NCBI GenBank assembly: GCA_023249195.1
Contig: JAHFDB010000001.1
Coordinates: 1-52,633, forward strand
Direction: 5' to 3'
DNA length: 52,633 nucleotides
From: a bacterium
GTDB lineage: Bacteria; Margulisbacteria; Marinamargulisbacteria; SXXA01; JAHFDB01
Shown: in pieces, positions 20,592-30,419 of the stretch
How positions within the stretch are numbered: position 1 is the first letter of the stretch
Layout of the letters: each line of letters starts with the position of its first letter
Made by a program: the position numbers and the translations under genes
The notes under the pieces: generated by a model
What the model saw: only the letters and a program-made list of their open reading frames with translations
The model's database searches: none
Told to the model about the DNA's origin: nothing

Positions 20592-22172
20592 ATGATTTTC
20601 AAAATAGTCTCACTTTATTCAGATTCTTACTTAAAGGAAGCCTCTTTTTTAGAAGCCCTTTATAAGGCTGCTCGACAGAAGTTTGCTATTGGCTGTTTCC
20701 CGTGTCCTATTGAAGAGCTCCTATCTTTAGAAAAGATTAAGACCATTGTTAACCAAAACCCCCAAAAAGGTGCTACTCGTCTCCGACGTTTTTTGAGGTG
20801 TCTGTTAGACTACCCTCACGCTATCCTTCACAGACCTACCCCCATTAAAACACTGATGCCACTTTATTGTGACCTTCTTATCAACCTTTCTGGAGAGATG
20901 GCCCCCCATGATATTCAGACAACGCTGACATTCTTGCAACAAACATTTTTTAAGATTTTACCTCCAATAGCAAACTTAGACTGCTATGACAACGATGACT
21001 ATAAAGATTTTCGACTTCTTTGTTTTTTATTTCAAGCATCTCCTAGAACCACTGTCAAAACCCTATTTCCGGACAGTTATATGAACGCCACCTTGCTTTC
21101 AGAACCTGGAAAAGTTTTTGTAGAGCTTCGACAAGCGTTTAAAACCCAAGACCCTGATATTCATGTCATTGTTGACGGAACACAAAATCGTTCAGGACAC
21201 CGCAAATTAATTGCTTTATTAAAAAAAATGTTTTCTCTTGGGGTTCCTGTCTCTTTAGGCATTGAAGCTGAGCTGAGTTACTTTGTACCGATTCCAACTG
21301 AATCTTTAGGAAAGCAACCTCGGTGCTCAAAATGGTACAGGCATTTACCTTTTGAACTTTTTCATAAGGGCGTCCACGTTCAAGATGTTACAAGACATCT
21401 CCAAAAAACTCTCTTTGATGGACCTACCATTCGAGGAACTGTGGAAATTAATTCGGAAGATGTCGAGCACGGCCTTGTGGCATTAGAATTTATTACCTCT
21501 GACGGGTACTCTTTAGAGTCCAACTGTCAGACTGTTGATGCTATATGGGAAATTTGCGCTCGGCTGGACAAAGCGATAACAGAGGCGAAGAGTCAAGGTC
21601 TAACCATTCTTTCATTAAGGTCTGTTTTTGAATCTCTTTCTGGATATTCTTGGAGTAGAGATTACGATCTTCATTTATCACTCGATGTGCTTCTCTCTCG
21701 CCACCCCCTTCAATTAGGTTTTCGCGGAGTTCAGGCTACTGTGGGCGTCCCTCTTAATAACTATGAACAGTTTACCTCTTCTTTCAATAGTCAACCCGAA
21801 TTTAAACAAGAGCTTCCTGATAGGCCTTTGTCGCGTAGCATAAAAGGGATTCATGAATGGGAAAAATGTCTTCTTCGGATTGCCCACAATCTGGATTTAG
21901 ACTTTCTCAATTTAAACCCTAGAGAGAAAGCAAAGTGCCAAACTGTTGTTGCCTGTTTTCTTCAAACTGTAATGCTGCACAAACTTTATTCTGAAGATCG
22001 TGTTCATTTATGGAGGTTGCCTCGTGTTTTATTAAGTAAAGATATTTGGGATAAATATATAAAATCGGATATTTCTACACTGCTCAAAGAGCTTCAAAAT
22101 CAAATAGGAGATGATTCCTACGCCATTCTTGCCTACAAGACAACACGAGCTTGTCATGTGTTTTTTGGCTAG
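20592..22172 (+). CDS. Hypothetical 526-aa protein (orphan; weak GS-like amidoligase pattern)
   Basis: Long ORF. Motifs are SLGIEAEL, TVEINSED..ALEFITS and DLHLSL. See findings. Confidence 0.7.
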   Translation: MIFKIVSLYSDSYLKEASFLEALYKAARQKFAIGCFPCPIEELLSLEKIKTIVNQNPQKGATRLRRFLRCLLDYPHAILHRPTPIKTLMPLYCDLLINLSGEMAPHDIQTTLTFLQQTFFKILPPIANLDCYDNDDYKDFRLLCFLFQASPRTTVKTLFPDSYMNATLLSEPGKVFVELRQAFKTQDPDIHVIVDGTQNRSGHRKLIALLKKMFSLGVPVSLGIEAELSYFVPIPTESLGKQPRCSKWYRHLPFELFHKGVHVQDVTRHLQKTLFDGPTIRGTVEINSEDVEHGLVALEFITSDGYSLESNCQTVDAIWEICARLDKAITEAKSQGLTILSLRSVFESLSGYSWSRDYDLHLSLDVLLSRHPLQLGFRGVQATVGVPLNNYEQFTSSFNSQPEFKQELPDRPLSRSIKGIHEWEKCLLRIAHNLDLDFLNLNPREKAKCQTVVACFLQTVMLHKLYSEDRVHLWRLPRVLLSKDIWDKYIKSDISTLLKELQNQIGDDSYAILAYKTTRACHVFFG

Positions 22173-23416
22173 GAACGAATCTGCCCCTCACCCGTTACGA
22201 TATACTTATAGGTGGTAAGCTCAGGCAATCCCATAGGGCCACGGGCATGCAGTTTTTGACTTGAAATTCCCATTTCAGCGCCAAACCCAAATTCGCCTCC
22301 GTCTACAAAGCGCGTTGAGGCATTGACTAAAACCGCCGCTGCATCTACTTGCTGTTGAAACAACGTTACTGCCGATAGATTTTCCGATAAAATAGCCTCA
22401 GAATGATGGGTTCCGTACTGTCGAATGTGAGTTATAGCTTCTTGAACATTTGCCACGACTTTTACTGATAAAACAAGGTCTAGAAACTCTGTTCCCCAGT
22501 CAGATTCTTGGGCGGGAATGACATGAGGGGCAAGGGCTTGGGTTTGAGCACAGCCTCGAATGTCGACTCCGGCTTTTTGAAGGGCTTGAATCGCTTTTGG
22601 CAACCATACGGGGGCAATATCTTGGTGTACCAAAAGGCTTTCACATGCGTTACACGCTGAAGGTCGTTGCACTTTGGCGTTAAGCAAAATGGGAATGGCA
22701 TGATCTAGATTCGCATCTTTATCCACAAAAATATGGCAATTACCCACCCCTGTTTCAATCGTAGGCACCTGGGAAGAGGTCACTACACGTTGGATTAAAT
22801 CAGCGCCACCCCTAGGAATAATGACACTGAGAAATTGCTTGAGTTGTACAAACTCCGTCACGCCCTCTCGGGACACGTTCTCTAAAAGCTGAATAGACTC
22901 GACAGGAACACCGACAGAGGCGGCGGCATTGCGCAGAATCGTGGTGATTGCCACGTTCGATCGATAGGTAGATGAACTGCCTCTAAGCACTACAGCGTTA
23001 CTGGTTTTGAGGGCAAGTGCAATGGCGTCAGCGGTCACATTGGGGCGTGCTTCGTAGATCATACCGATTACACCTAAAGGCACTCTCACTTTGACGATAC
23101 GCAAACCATTGGGGCGGGTAGATCCCCCTAGAATTTCCCCGATGGGATCCGGCAGGGTTGCAATCATGCGAATTCCCTCGGCGATATCTACGATGCGCTT
23201 ATGATTCAGAGTCAACCGATCTAACAATGCTTTGGACATACCAGATTGAACCCCGGCTTCAACATCCTTGGAATTCTCGGACAAGACAAGTGCTTCTTGT
23301 TCTAAAAAACGATCGGACATAGCATAGAGGGCTTTGTTTTTGATGTCTGTAGAAAGCGTTGCAAGTTCAAAAGAAGCGTTAAAGGCTTTTTCGCATTGTT
23401 GGTAAATAGAGTGCAT
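22169..23416 (-). CDS. proA: Gamma-glutamyl phosphate reductase
   Basis: ALDH-fold ProA motifs (IPRGG, NACESLLVH, STRF.DGGEFG). The ATG at 23416 lies 1 nt after the proB stop codon. Confidence 0.9.
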   Translation of the reverse strand: MHSIYQQCEKAFNASFELATLSTDIKNKALYAMSDRFLEQEALVLSENSKDVEAGVQSGMSKALLDRLTLNHKRIVDIAEGIRMIATLPDPIGEILGGSTRPNGLRIVKVRVPLGVIGMIYEARPNVTADAIALALKTSNAVVLRGSSSTYRSNVAITTILRNAAASVGVPVESIQLLENVSREGVTEFVQLKQFLSVIIPRGGADLIQRVVTSSQVPTIETGVGNCHIFVDKDANLDHAIPILLNAKVQRPSACNACESLLVHQDIAPVWLPKAIQALQKAGVDIRGCAQTQALAPHVIPAQESDWGTEFLDLVLSVKVVANVQEAITHIRQYGTHHSEAILSENLSAVTLFQQQVDAAAVLVNASTRFVDGGEFGFGAEMGISSQKLHARGPMGLPELTTYKYIVTGEGQIRS

Positions 23417-23417
23417 T

Positions 23418-24233
23418 TTATACCTCGGGTGCATTCTCACCGGGTCTAGAGTGGCGAGAACTCAATGGCTTTGCAGGGATAAACGTACCTACGGTCTCGT
23501 TGGCTAAAATAGCATTGAGGATATTCTTTGTTTTACCATTGGCAATCACAACATCAATCCCCGCCTGAGCGGCCTCTCGGGCATAGGTCAGTTTTGAACT
23601 CATGCCTCCGCGACTTCTGTTGTTTTGAATATCATCTACCTGGTTAAAAATATCGTCTGTAATGGTTTCAATGCGGTGCATAAGTCTCGCCTGAGGGTCT
23701 TTTTTAGGATTTCCTGTAAAAACACCATCGATATCCGTTAAAATAATGAGTTTATCTGCATCCACAAGCTGAGCAACTTTACTTGAAAGCTCATCGTTAT
23801 CTCCAAATTTAACACCAATTTCATCGGTTGCGACAGTATCGTTTTCGTTAATGATGGGCACAACCCCCTGGGTTAAAAGAGTCGCTATGGTATTTTGCGT
23901 ATTTTGACGTTTTACAGGGGTTTCAATGCAGTCTTTGGTCAATAAAATTTGGCCCACTTGAAAGCCTTTTTGCCCAAAAAAGGAGGCGTATTCATTCATC
24001 AGCAAAATTTGACCCACAGAGGCTGCTGCTTGTTTTTCTGGAATCGATTGAGTACGCAACCCCATCCGCTCCGAACCACACGTGATGGCACCAGAGGTCA
24101 CGATGATGACTTGATTGTTTCTTTCAAACAGAGCTTCACATAGCTGGTGAATAAGGCTTCGAAGGGTATTGAGATCCAGCTTGCCTTCTTGAGTGGTGAG
24201 AATATTGGTCCCAATTTTGACTACAATTTTCAT
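23418..24233 (-). CDS. proB: Glutamate 5-kinase (no PUA domain)
   Basis: KIVVKIGTNILT, IVTSGAI, INENDTVATDE..FGDND. Confidence 0.9.
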   Translation of the reverse strand: MKIVVKIGTNILTTQEGKLDLNTLRSLIHQLCEALFERNNQVIIVTSGAITCGSERMGLRTQSIPEKQAAASVGQILLMNEYASFFGQKGFQVGQILLTKDCIETPVKRQNTQNTIATLLTQGVVPIINENDTVATDEIGVKFGDNDELSSKVAQLVDADKLIILTDIDGVFTGNPKKDPQARLMHRIETITDDIFNQVDDIQNNRSRGGMSSKLTYAREAAQAGIDVVIANGKTKNILNAILANETVGTFIPAKPLSSRHSRPGENAPEV

Positions 24234-24244
24234 CGCCGTCTCTT

Positions 24245-25225
24245 TTATTTGGCCAGGATATCTGGAATAAGCTCAGAAAGCCCCTCCCTTGTAAACGAGG
24301 AAATGGGTAGAATGACTACTCCGTGAGCTACAAATTCGGCCTGAATAGCCTCTTTTTGCTCCTCGATAATTATATCAATTTTAGTTAAAACCACAATCAC
24401 AGGCTTTGATTGGATGTCGAGATCGCTTTTTTTGAGTTCAGAACACACTGTCTGATAGTCTTTCCAGCTTTGCTTAGGATCTTCAAAGGAAGCGGCTACC
24501 AGGTGTACCAGCAATCGGGTTCTGTCAATATGGCGCAGAAATTCTAGCCCTAGCCCTAGCCCCTCAGACGCCCCTTCGATCAAGCCTGGGATATCCGCCA
24601 AAACCACTTCCCTATCCTCGGTTTTGAGCACCCCTAAATTAGGGTAAAGCGTCGTAAAAGGATAATCAGCTATTTTAGGATTCGCTCGTGTTAACGCCTT
24701 TAATAAAGTCGATTTACCTGCATTCGGCAAACCCACTAACCCCACTTCGGCAATAAGCCTTAATTCCATGGTAAGCACCACTTCATCTCCAGGCATTCCT
24801 GGCTGAGCATATCGGGGAGATCGGTTTACGGAGGTAGAAAATCGGGCATTACCTAGGCCGCCTTTGCCCCCTTTGGCGGCTAGAAACCTGTCCCCATTGT
24901 TTTGCAGGTCTGCGATAAGGTCGCCATCGGTATTAAAAATCATGGTGCCACAAGGGACATCTACGATAAAATCTTGGCCCTTTGCGCCGTACTGATCTTT
25001 CTTACCACCCTTGGTTCCATTTTCAGCTTTGATATGACGTCGCATATCCAAGTCCATCAGGGTTTGAAGATTGGGTTTGGCCATAAAAATGACATCGCCA
25101 CCCTTCCCACCGTCTCCGCCATCAGGCCCCCCTAATGGGACATATTTTTCTCGACGAAAACTGCTGCCACCAGGCCCCCCATTTCCAGCCTTGATTTTAA
25201 GGGTTACTTTGTCAACAAATTTCAC
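24245..25225 (-). CDS. obg: GTPase Obg
   Basis: MKFVDKV..AGNGGPGGSSFRREK, glycine-rich Obg fold, GLPNAGKST, DIPGLIEGA. Confidence 0.93.
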   Translation of the reverse strand: MKFVDKVTLKIKAGNGGPGGSSFRREKYVPLGGPDGGDGGKGGDVIFMAKPNLQTLMDLDMRRHIKAENGTKGGKKDQYGAKGQDFIVDVPCGTMIFNTDGDLIADLQNNGDRFLAAKGGKGGLGNARFSTSVNRSPRYAQPGMPGDEVVLTMELRLIAEVGLVGLPNAGKSTLLKALTRANPKIADYPFTTLYPNLGVLKTEDREVVLADIPGLIEGASEGLGLGLEFLRHIDRTRLLVHLVAASFEDPKQSWKDYQTVCSELKKSDLDIQSKPVIVVLTKIDIIIEEQKEAIQAEFVAHGVVILPISSFTREGLSELIPDILAK

Positions 25226-25483
25226 TCAATTTGCTGCGTAGACAGAAATTTTTTGCCTTTTTTTATTAAAAGGCTCAAATTTTACAATGCCTTCAATTAA
25301 AGCAAAAATGGTAAAATCTTTTCCTAAACCCACGTTATTTCCTGGATGAAACTGGGTGCCACGTTGGCGCACGATAATATTTCCAGCCTTGGCTAATTGT
25401 CCGCCAAACACTTTCACACCCAAGCGTTGCGAATTACTATCGCGACCGTTTTTTGAACTCCCCTTACCTTTTTTATGCGCCAT
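25226..25483 (-). CDS. rpmA: 50S ribosomal protein L27
   Basis: [24 protein letters not shown]. Confidence 0.95.
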   Translation of the reverse strand: MAHKKGKGSSKNGRDSNSQRLGVKVFGGQLAKAGNIIVRQRGTQFHPGNNVGLGKDFTIFALIEGIVKFEPFNKKRQKISVYAAN

Positions 25484-25498
25484 GACAATTCTCCTGAA

Positions 25499-25810
25499 TT
25501 ATTTTGAAATAGATTCTACTTTAATAGTGGTCAATTTTTGACGATGCCCCTGGGTTCTTTTATAGCCTGTTTTAGGCTTGAATTTGAAGACAATTATTTT
25601 ATCAGCCTTCACTTGATTTAAGACCTTCGCAGTGACTTTAGCCCCTTCAATGAAGGGTTTCCCTAGCTTTAGCTCATTTCCATCTGAAATCAAAAGAACT
25701 TTATCAAAGGTATAACTGTCTGCTGGCTGCGCTTCCAACTTTTCAATATCGACGATTGTACCTGATTCCACTAAATATTGTTTTCCACCGGTTTCAATAA
25801 CTGCAAACAT
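25499..25810 (-). CDS. rplU: 50S ribosomal protein L21
   Basis: MFAVIETGGKQY, with an AGGAG SD upstream of the ATG at 25810. The track start at 25852 is an over-extension. Confidence 0.93.
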   Translation of the reverse strand: MFAVIETGGKQYLVESGTIVDIEKLEAQPADSYTFDKVLLISDGNELKLGKPFIEGAKVTAKVLNQVKADKIIVFKFKPKTGYKRTQGHRQKLTTIKVESISK

Positions 25811-26090
25811 AAAATTACTCCTGAAAAAACGTTGCCTACGTGGGCGATTCATCCCTTTCTATATAAAAAGGACCTTTTGTTTTACCACTTTAGTATAGAA
25901 GATGTCAACTTTTTAGCGAAGTTAAAAAATATGATATCTTTTATTCGTGGCTACACTTTGAGAAAAATCTAGACTCAAAGTGAGGCTAAATTTTTTCGGA
26001 AGATCCGTTTAAAGAGTCTGTTTTGTTCCGAAATGGAGTAGCCGGAATCTTGTTGTTCAGCAGACAAAACACAAGTATAGAAACCGGCTT

Positions 26091-26681
26091 TTATCCTTCA
26101 TTTAAGCCTTCTTCTGGGCGTTTGATGAGGATATTAGAATCTTGAAACCGGTCAAACGCTTCGGAGAGTTTTCGAACCTCTTTACTGAGTTGGGTAGTTT
26201 TCCCAGATAACAGTGTATTATCAACCAAATGATTGCCCTCAATGGTATCCATTCGAGACTCAATTCTTCTGATCGTGTCAGCAAGATGTTGATAGCTAGG
26301 ACTTGATGCGGCAAGTCGGCGAATTTCTACAAATGCACGCATAATCCGAATATTAATTTCAACAGCAACTTTGCTTTTAAGCACCCCAGACAACATTGCC
26401 ACACCCTGTTCGGTAAAGACATACGGGAGATACTTTATGTTTTTCCCCTGTTTCAAGATCGCATTTTGCGACCTTGAAACTTCCTCGGACTCAGTTTTAG
26501 TAATTTGAAACATAAAATCTTCGGGAAAACGGTCAAAATTTCTTTTGACTTGTTCGTTCAATCTTCTAGTCTCTACCTGATATAACTCTGCCAAGTCACT
26601 GTCGAGCATCACCTTTACGCCGCGAAGAGTGTAGATTCGTGACTTTAAATCCTCAAAATTTGCCAATTCTTTATTTATCAT
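26091..26681 (-). CDS. ORF6N (KilA-N-related) domain DNA-binding protein
   Basis: IYTLRGVKVMLDSDLAELYQVETRRLNEQVKRNFDRFPEDFMFQ is the ORF6N signature. The C-terminal part is coiled-coil-like. Confidence 0.75.
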   Translation of the reverse strand: MINKELANFEDLKSRIYTLRGVKVMLDSDLAELYQVETRRLNEQVKRNFDRFPEDFMFQITKTESEEVSRSQNAILKQGKNIKYLPYVFTEQGVAMLSGVLKSKVAVEINIRIMRAFVEIRRLAASSPSYQHLADTIRRIESRMDTIEGNHLVDNTLLSGKTTQLSKEVRKLSEAFDRFQDSNILIKRPEEGLNEG

Positions 26682-26898
26682 CTATCCACACCATTTTCTT
26701 TCCCAAAACCTTTGAAAGCATCTTCAGCTCCTTGTACCGCAAAGTCTCACTGGATAGCTTTTTGTGTAAATTTTCCCGTGATTGACCCATGGCGTCTGCT
26801 ACTTCGGAAGATCTGTTTAGGGTCTCTGTCATGACCATCCTAATCAACTCTTCTGAAATCTCTGATATGTCTTTTTTAGGGCATAATTTATCTCGCAT
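26671..26898 (-). CDS. Small (75 aa) putative HTH DNA-binding protein
   Basis: SEVADAMGQSRENLHKKLS is an HTH-like segment. It overlaps the ORF6N gene by 11 nt, suggesting an operon. Confidence 0.5.
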   Translation of the reverse strand: MRDKLCPKKDISEISEELIRMVMTETLNRSSEVADAMGQSRENLHKKLSSETLRYKELKMLSKVLGKKMVWIDDK

Positions 26899-27043
26899 TT
26901 TGACGGCTCCAAATCTTTTTAGAATTTAGCCAGCTAGCTCTGGTTGAAAAATTTTTGGAGCCCTTCTCTTTTTGTCAAATGCTTTATTACTCGGCTTTAC
27001 CCATTAAACTTTGGTGCACCCGCTAGGTCTTTCTTCACTTGTT

Positions 27044-27652
27044 CTACAGCGTAATGAAAGGGCGTATTTTTTCCAACTTCTTTGCACTAATCCCTTTTAT
27101 TTTTTTCAAATCTTCAATCGAATCAAAAAGATGGCCTGCTCTTGTATTCAAAATGCGCTGCGCAACGGTTGTCCCTATTCCAGGAATGGTCATCAGGGCT
27201 TCTTTAGAGGCGGAATTAATCGCCACAGGATAGCCTTGAGGGACAGGTACCTGTGCTTCGATATAAGTGCTGGGAACCCTTTCCTTGGATTTATTTGGTT
27301 TTACCCTATCAGGCTTACGAACAGGGACTAAAATGCGCTGTCCGTCTTTTACTTTTGCAGCCAAATTCACGCCATCTAAATTGGCGTCTGGCAAGGTTCC
27401 TCCTGCTAATTTAAGTGCCTCCATCACCCGAATGCTGGGCGTGACCTCATAAACCCCAGGATGCTCAATGGCTCCTGCAATATGGACAATGGCTTTTTTG
27501 ATAGGCTCGACCTCACTGTTTGTGGTCGGAGAAGTCGCCAAAGAGGGTATACTGACTGTTAATGAACGTGGCTGCACTAAAAAAGCAATCGCCCCAACAC
27601 CCAAAATCGCAAACGCCATATAAATATATTTTATTTTTATTTTTCTTATCAT
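27044..27652 (-). CDS. comEA: ComEA-family DNA-binding protein (SLBB + helix-hairpin-helix)
   Basis: N-terminal TM segment, SLBB-like middle region (GVYEV..RVMEALKLAGG), and C-terminal HhH (INSASKEALMTIPGIGTTVAQRIL...LKKIKGISAKKLEKI). Confidence 0.85.
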   Translation of the reverse strand: MIRKIKIKYIYMAFAILGVGAIAFLVQPRSLTVSIPSLATSPTTNSEVEPIKKAIVHIAGAIEHPGVYEVTPSIRVMEALKLAGGTLPDANLDGVNLAAKVKDGQRILVPVRKPDRVKPNKSKERVPSTYIEAQVPVPQGYPVAINSASKEALMTIPGIGTTVAQRILNTRAGHLFDSIEDLKKIKGISAKKLEKIRPFITL

Positions 27653-27718
27653 GTGCCTATTATAGTCATAAGCTGCCCTTTTTGTATATATTTAAATGGC
27701 CTCTAAGCCTCTGGGAAA

Positions 27719-28888
27719 CTATTTAAATCGATAGAACCGGCGCTTTCCTACCTTTAGAACCTGTTCAGGTTTCCCTAAAAAAAATGCCAAGGAATCTCTC
27801 AGAATTTCCCCATCCAAACTCACGGCGCCATGCTCAATTAATCGGGAAGCTTCTTTTTTTGAAGGGGCCATGCCATGTAAAACCATAAAATCGGTCCACT
27901 TTGTGGGTGTTGGGGGAATAGAAAGCACCGGCATGTCTTCTGGGTTTAATTTTTGGGAAAAGACCCGATTAAACGCTTCTTTTGCGTTCATGGCCTCTTG
28001 AGGTGAATGTAAGAACGAAACCAATCGAACCCCTAATTCTTCTTTCAAAAATTTGGGGTTTTTTCCGGAATCCAGTTCGAACTTGAACTGCAACAGTTCT
28101 TCCGGAGAAGCATCGGTTATGAGGGAAAAATATTTCAAGATCATGGTGTCAGGAATGGACATGATTTTACCAAACTGATCTTGGCCAGACTCTAGAAGTC
28201 CAATGTGATTCCCCAAGGATTTACTCATTTTCTGAACCCCATCAACACCTTCGAGTAAAGGTGCCGTTATTACCGCTTGCACAGGTTTTCCGTATTCTTT
28301 TTGTAAATGACGGCCCATCAATACATTAAATTTCTGATCTGTACCCCCCATTTCAATGTCATTTTCTAGCACCACAGAGTCATAGCCTTGTAATAAAGGG
28401 TAAAGAAATTCATGAATGCTAATGGGTCGTTCTTGAGAAAACCGTTTCTGAAAGTCGTCACGTTCAAGCATTCTTGCAACGGTATATTGGGCAGAAAGCT
28501 TAATCATTTCCCGAGAAGTGAGTTTATCTAACCACTCAGAGTTAAAAACAACCTGCGTTTTGGCAGGATCTAAGAGTTTAAATACCTGGGTTTTATAACT
28601 TTCCGCGTTGGCTTTCACTTGCTCTGAGGTGAGTGGTTTTCGGGTTTCTGATTTTCCCGTAGGATCCCCTATCATCGCAGTAAAATCGCCAACAAGAAAC
28701 TGTACAAGATGCCCCATGTCTTGAAGAATGCGCAGTTTTTTGAGCACTACCATATGCCCAATATGTAAATCGGGCGCAGAAGGGTCTGCACCAAATTTAA
28801 TTTTAAGGGGTTTTGAGGCTGTAGCGATGCGGTCTAGGGCCGACTCGGGAATAACGTCTTGAAGCCCTTGTGCAAATTGGGCAAGCAT
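27719..28888 (-). CDS. tyrS: Tyrosine--tRNA ligase
   Basis: DPSAPDLHIGH (HIGH), KMSKS, and a C-terminal S4 domain. The ATG at 28888 lies 4 nt after the ahcY stop codon. The alternative start at 28936 would overlap ahcY by 44 nt. Confidence 0.9.
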   Translation of the reverse strand: MLAQFAQGLQDVIPESALDRIATASKPLKIKFGADPSAPDLHIGHMVVLKKLRILQDMGHLVQFLVGDFTAMIGDPTGKSETRKPLTSEQVKANAESYKTQVFKLLDPAKTQVVFNSEWLDKLTSREMIKLSAQYTVARMLERDDFQKRFSQERPISIHEFLYPLLQGYDSVVLENDIEMGGTDQKFNVLMGRHLQKEYGKPVQAVITAPLLEGVDGVQKMSKSLGNHIGLLESGQDQFGKIMSIPDTMILKYFSLITDASPEELLQFKFELDSGKNPKFLKEELGVRLVSFLHSPQEAMNAKEAFNRVFSQKLNPEDMPVLSIPPTPTKWTDFMVLHGMAPSKKEASRLIEHGAVSLDGEILRDSLAFFLGKPEQVLKVGKRRFYRFK

Positions 28889-28892
28889 AAGT

Positions 28893-30305
28893 TTAATATC
28901 TATAATGCTCAGGTTTATAAGGGCCGTTGGCATCAACGCCCAAATAAGCCGCTTGTTCCGATGTCAATCGGGTCAATTTTGCTCCCAATTTTTCAAGGTG
29001 AAGTCGGGCCACTTCTTCATCGAGCCTTTTGGGTAGGGTATATACCCCAATTTCATACGTGTTTTGTTTGAGTTCAATTTGGGCCAATACTTGATTGGTA
29101 AACGATGTGCTCATTACAAAAGAAGGATGTCCCTGTGCACAACCCAGGTTCACCAATCTGCCCTCTGCAAGCAAGAAAATGGTGTTTCCGTCTGGAAAGG
29201 TATATTGATCGACCTGAGGTTTAATATTAAGGTGCTTGATCCCTGGGAATTGTATCAATTTTTCCACTTGAATTTCGTTGTCAAAGTGTCCAATGTTGCA
29301 GACAAGGGCTTGGTCTTTCATCCGTTTTAAATGATCAATTGTAATGATGTCGCAATTACCTGTCGTTGTGACATAAATATTTGCCTCTTGAAGAGCCTCT
29401 TCGATAGGTTTTACTTCATAGCCTTCCATTGCCGCTTGAAGGGCACAAATAGGGTCTATTTCGGTAATAATGACACGGGCCCCAAATCCGCGCATTGATT
29501 GTGCACAGCCTTTGCCAACATCTCCGTAGCCACAAATCACCACCACTTTACCCGCAACCATCACACCTGTCGCACGCTTAATGCCATCTGCAAGCGATTC
29601 TCTGCATCCGTATAAATTATCGAATTTAGACTTTGTTACAGAGTCATTTACATTGATCGCTGGAAAAAGCAGTTTTCCTTCATCTCGCATTTGGTACAGT
29701 CTATGGACACCCGTGGTAGTTTCTTCAGAAACGCCTTGGATAGACTTCGCCATCGTCTGCCATTTTTGAGGCTTTGTATGAAGCTCGCGCCGAATGGTAT
29801 CTAGAATAATGGCAAACTCTTTATTGTCTGTTGATTGATTAATCAGCTCAGGATTTTTCTCAATTTCTACGCCTTTGTGAATGAGTAAAGTTGCATCCCC
29901 ACCATCATCGACGATGAGATCGGGACCAGAACCATCTGGAAATTGGAGCATTTGTTCGGTACACCACCAATACTCCTCTAAACTTTCGCCCTTCCAAGCA
30001 AAAACAGGAACCCCAGCGGCGGCAATGGCGGCGGCAGCATGGTCTTGAGTAGAAAAAATATTGCAAGAAGCCCACCGTACTTGAGCACCCAATACCACCA
30101 ACGTTTCAATCAGCACAGCGGTCTGCAACGTCATATGCAAAGACCCTGAAATTTTGGATCCTTGAAGCGGCTTTGATTTTCCGTACTTTTCTCGAAGTGC
30201 CATTAATCCTGGCATTTCTTTTTCAGCAATGGTGATTTCTTTCCGGCCAAATTCGGCAAGTGTTATATCTTTAACTTTATAATCCAAGGTAGTAATGGAA
30301 GACAT
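28893..30305 (-). CDS. ahcY: Adenosylhomocysteinase
   Basis: [17 protein letters not shown], the NAD site [12 protein letters not shown], and a C-terminal YRY. The start was trimmed to the ATG at 30305 because the track start reads through tRNA-Pro. Confidence 0.93.
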   Translation of the reverse strand: MSSITTLDYKVKDITLAEFGRKEITIAEKEMPGLMALREKYGKSKPLQGSKISGSLHMTLQTAVLIETLVVLGAQVRWASCNIFSTQDHAAAAIAAAGVPVFAWKGESLEEYWWCTEQMLQFPDGSGPDLIVDDGGDATLLIHKGVEIEKNPELINQSTDNKEFAIILDTIRRELHTKPQKWQTMAKSIQGVSEETTTGVHRLYQMRDEGKLLFPAINVNDSVTKSKFDNLYGCRESLADGIKRATGVMVAGKVVVICGYGDVGKGCAQSMRGFGARVIITEIDPICALQAAMEGYEVKPIEEALQEANIYVTTTGNCDIITIDHLKRMKDQALVCNIGHFDNEIQVEKLIQFPGIKHLNIKPQVDQYTFPDGNTIFLLAEGRLVNLGCAQGHPSFVMSTSFTNQVLAQIELKQNTYEIGVYTLPKRLDEEVARLHLEKLGAKLTRLTSEQAAYLGVDANGPYKPEHYRY

Positions 30306-30330
30306 AGGGGGGAAGCTCCTTGTAAAAAAA

Positions 30331-30407
30331 TGGTCGGGGTGGCAGGATTTGAACCTACGACCACCTGTTCCCAAAACAGGTGCGCTACCAGGCTGCGCTA
30401 CACCCCG
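30331..30407 (-). tRNA. tRNA-Pro (anticodon TGG), CCA encoded
   Basis: Reverse complement is CGGGGTGTAGCGCAGCCTGGTAGCGCACCTGTTTTGGGAACAGGTGGTCGTAGGTTCAAATCCTGCCACCCCGACCA. Confidence 0.92.
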
Positions 30408-30419
30408 AGGATGAAGATC

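Noticed and set aside
26040-26089. agccgg...ccggct hairpin next to the ORF6N stop codon, considered as an sRNA or terminator
   Set aside because: The outer stem is 6 bp with a ~38-nt imperfectly structured loop. The U-tract is on the strand with no upstream gene, and the evidence is insufficient for either call.
26905-26962. Inverted repeat ggctccaaa/tttggagcc considered as the comEA intrinsic terminator
   Set aside because: The stem is 9 bp but the loop is 40 nt, and no U-tract follows on the comEA strand. I keep it only as a possible operator in the ORF6N-module finding.
30306-30374. N-terminal extension of the ahcY ORF ([15 protein letters not shown]...)
   Set aside because: It reads through tRNA-Pro(TGG) (30331-30407). 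The real start is the ATG at 30305 ([13 protein letters not shown]...).
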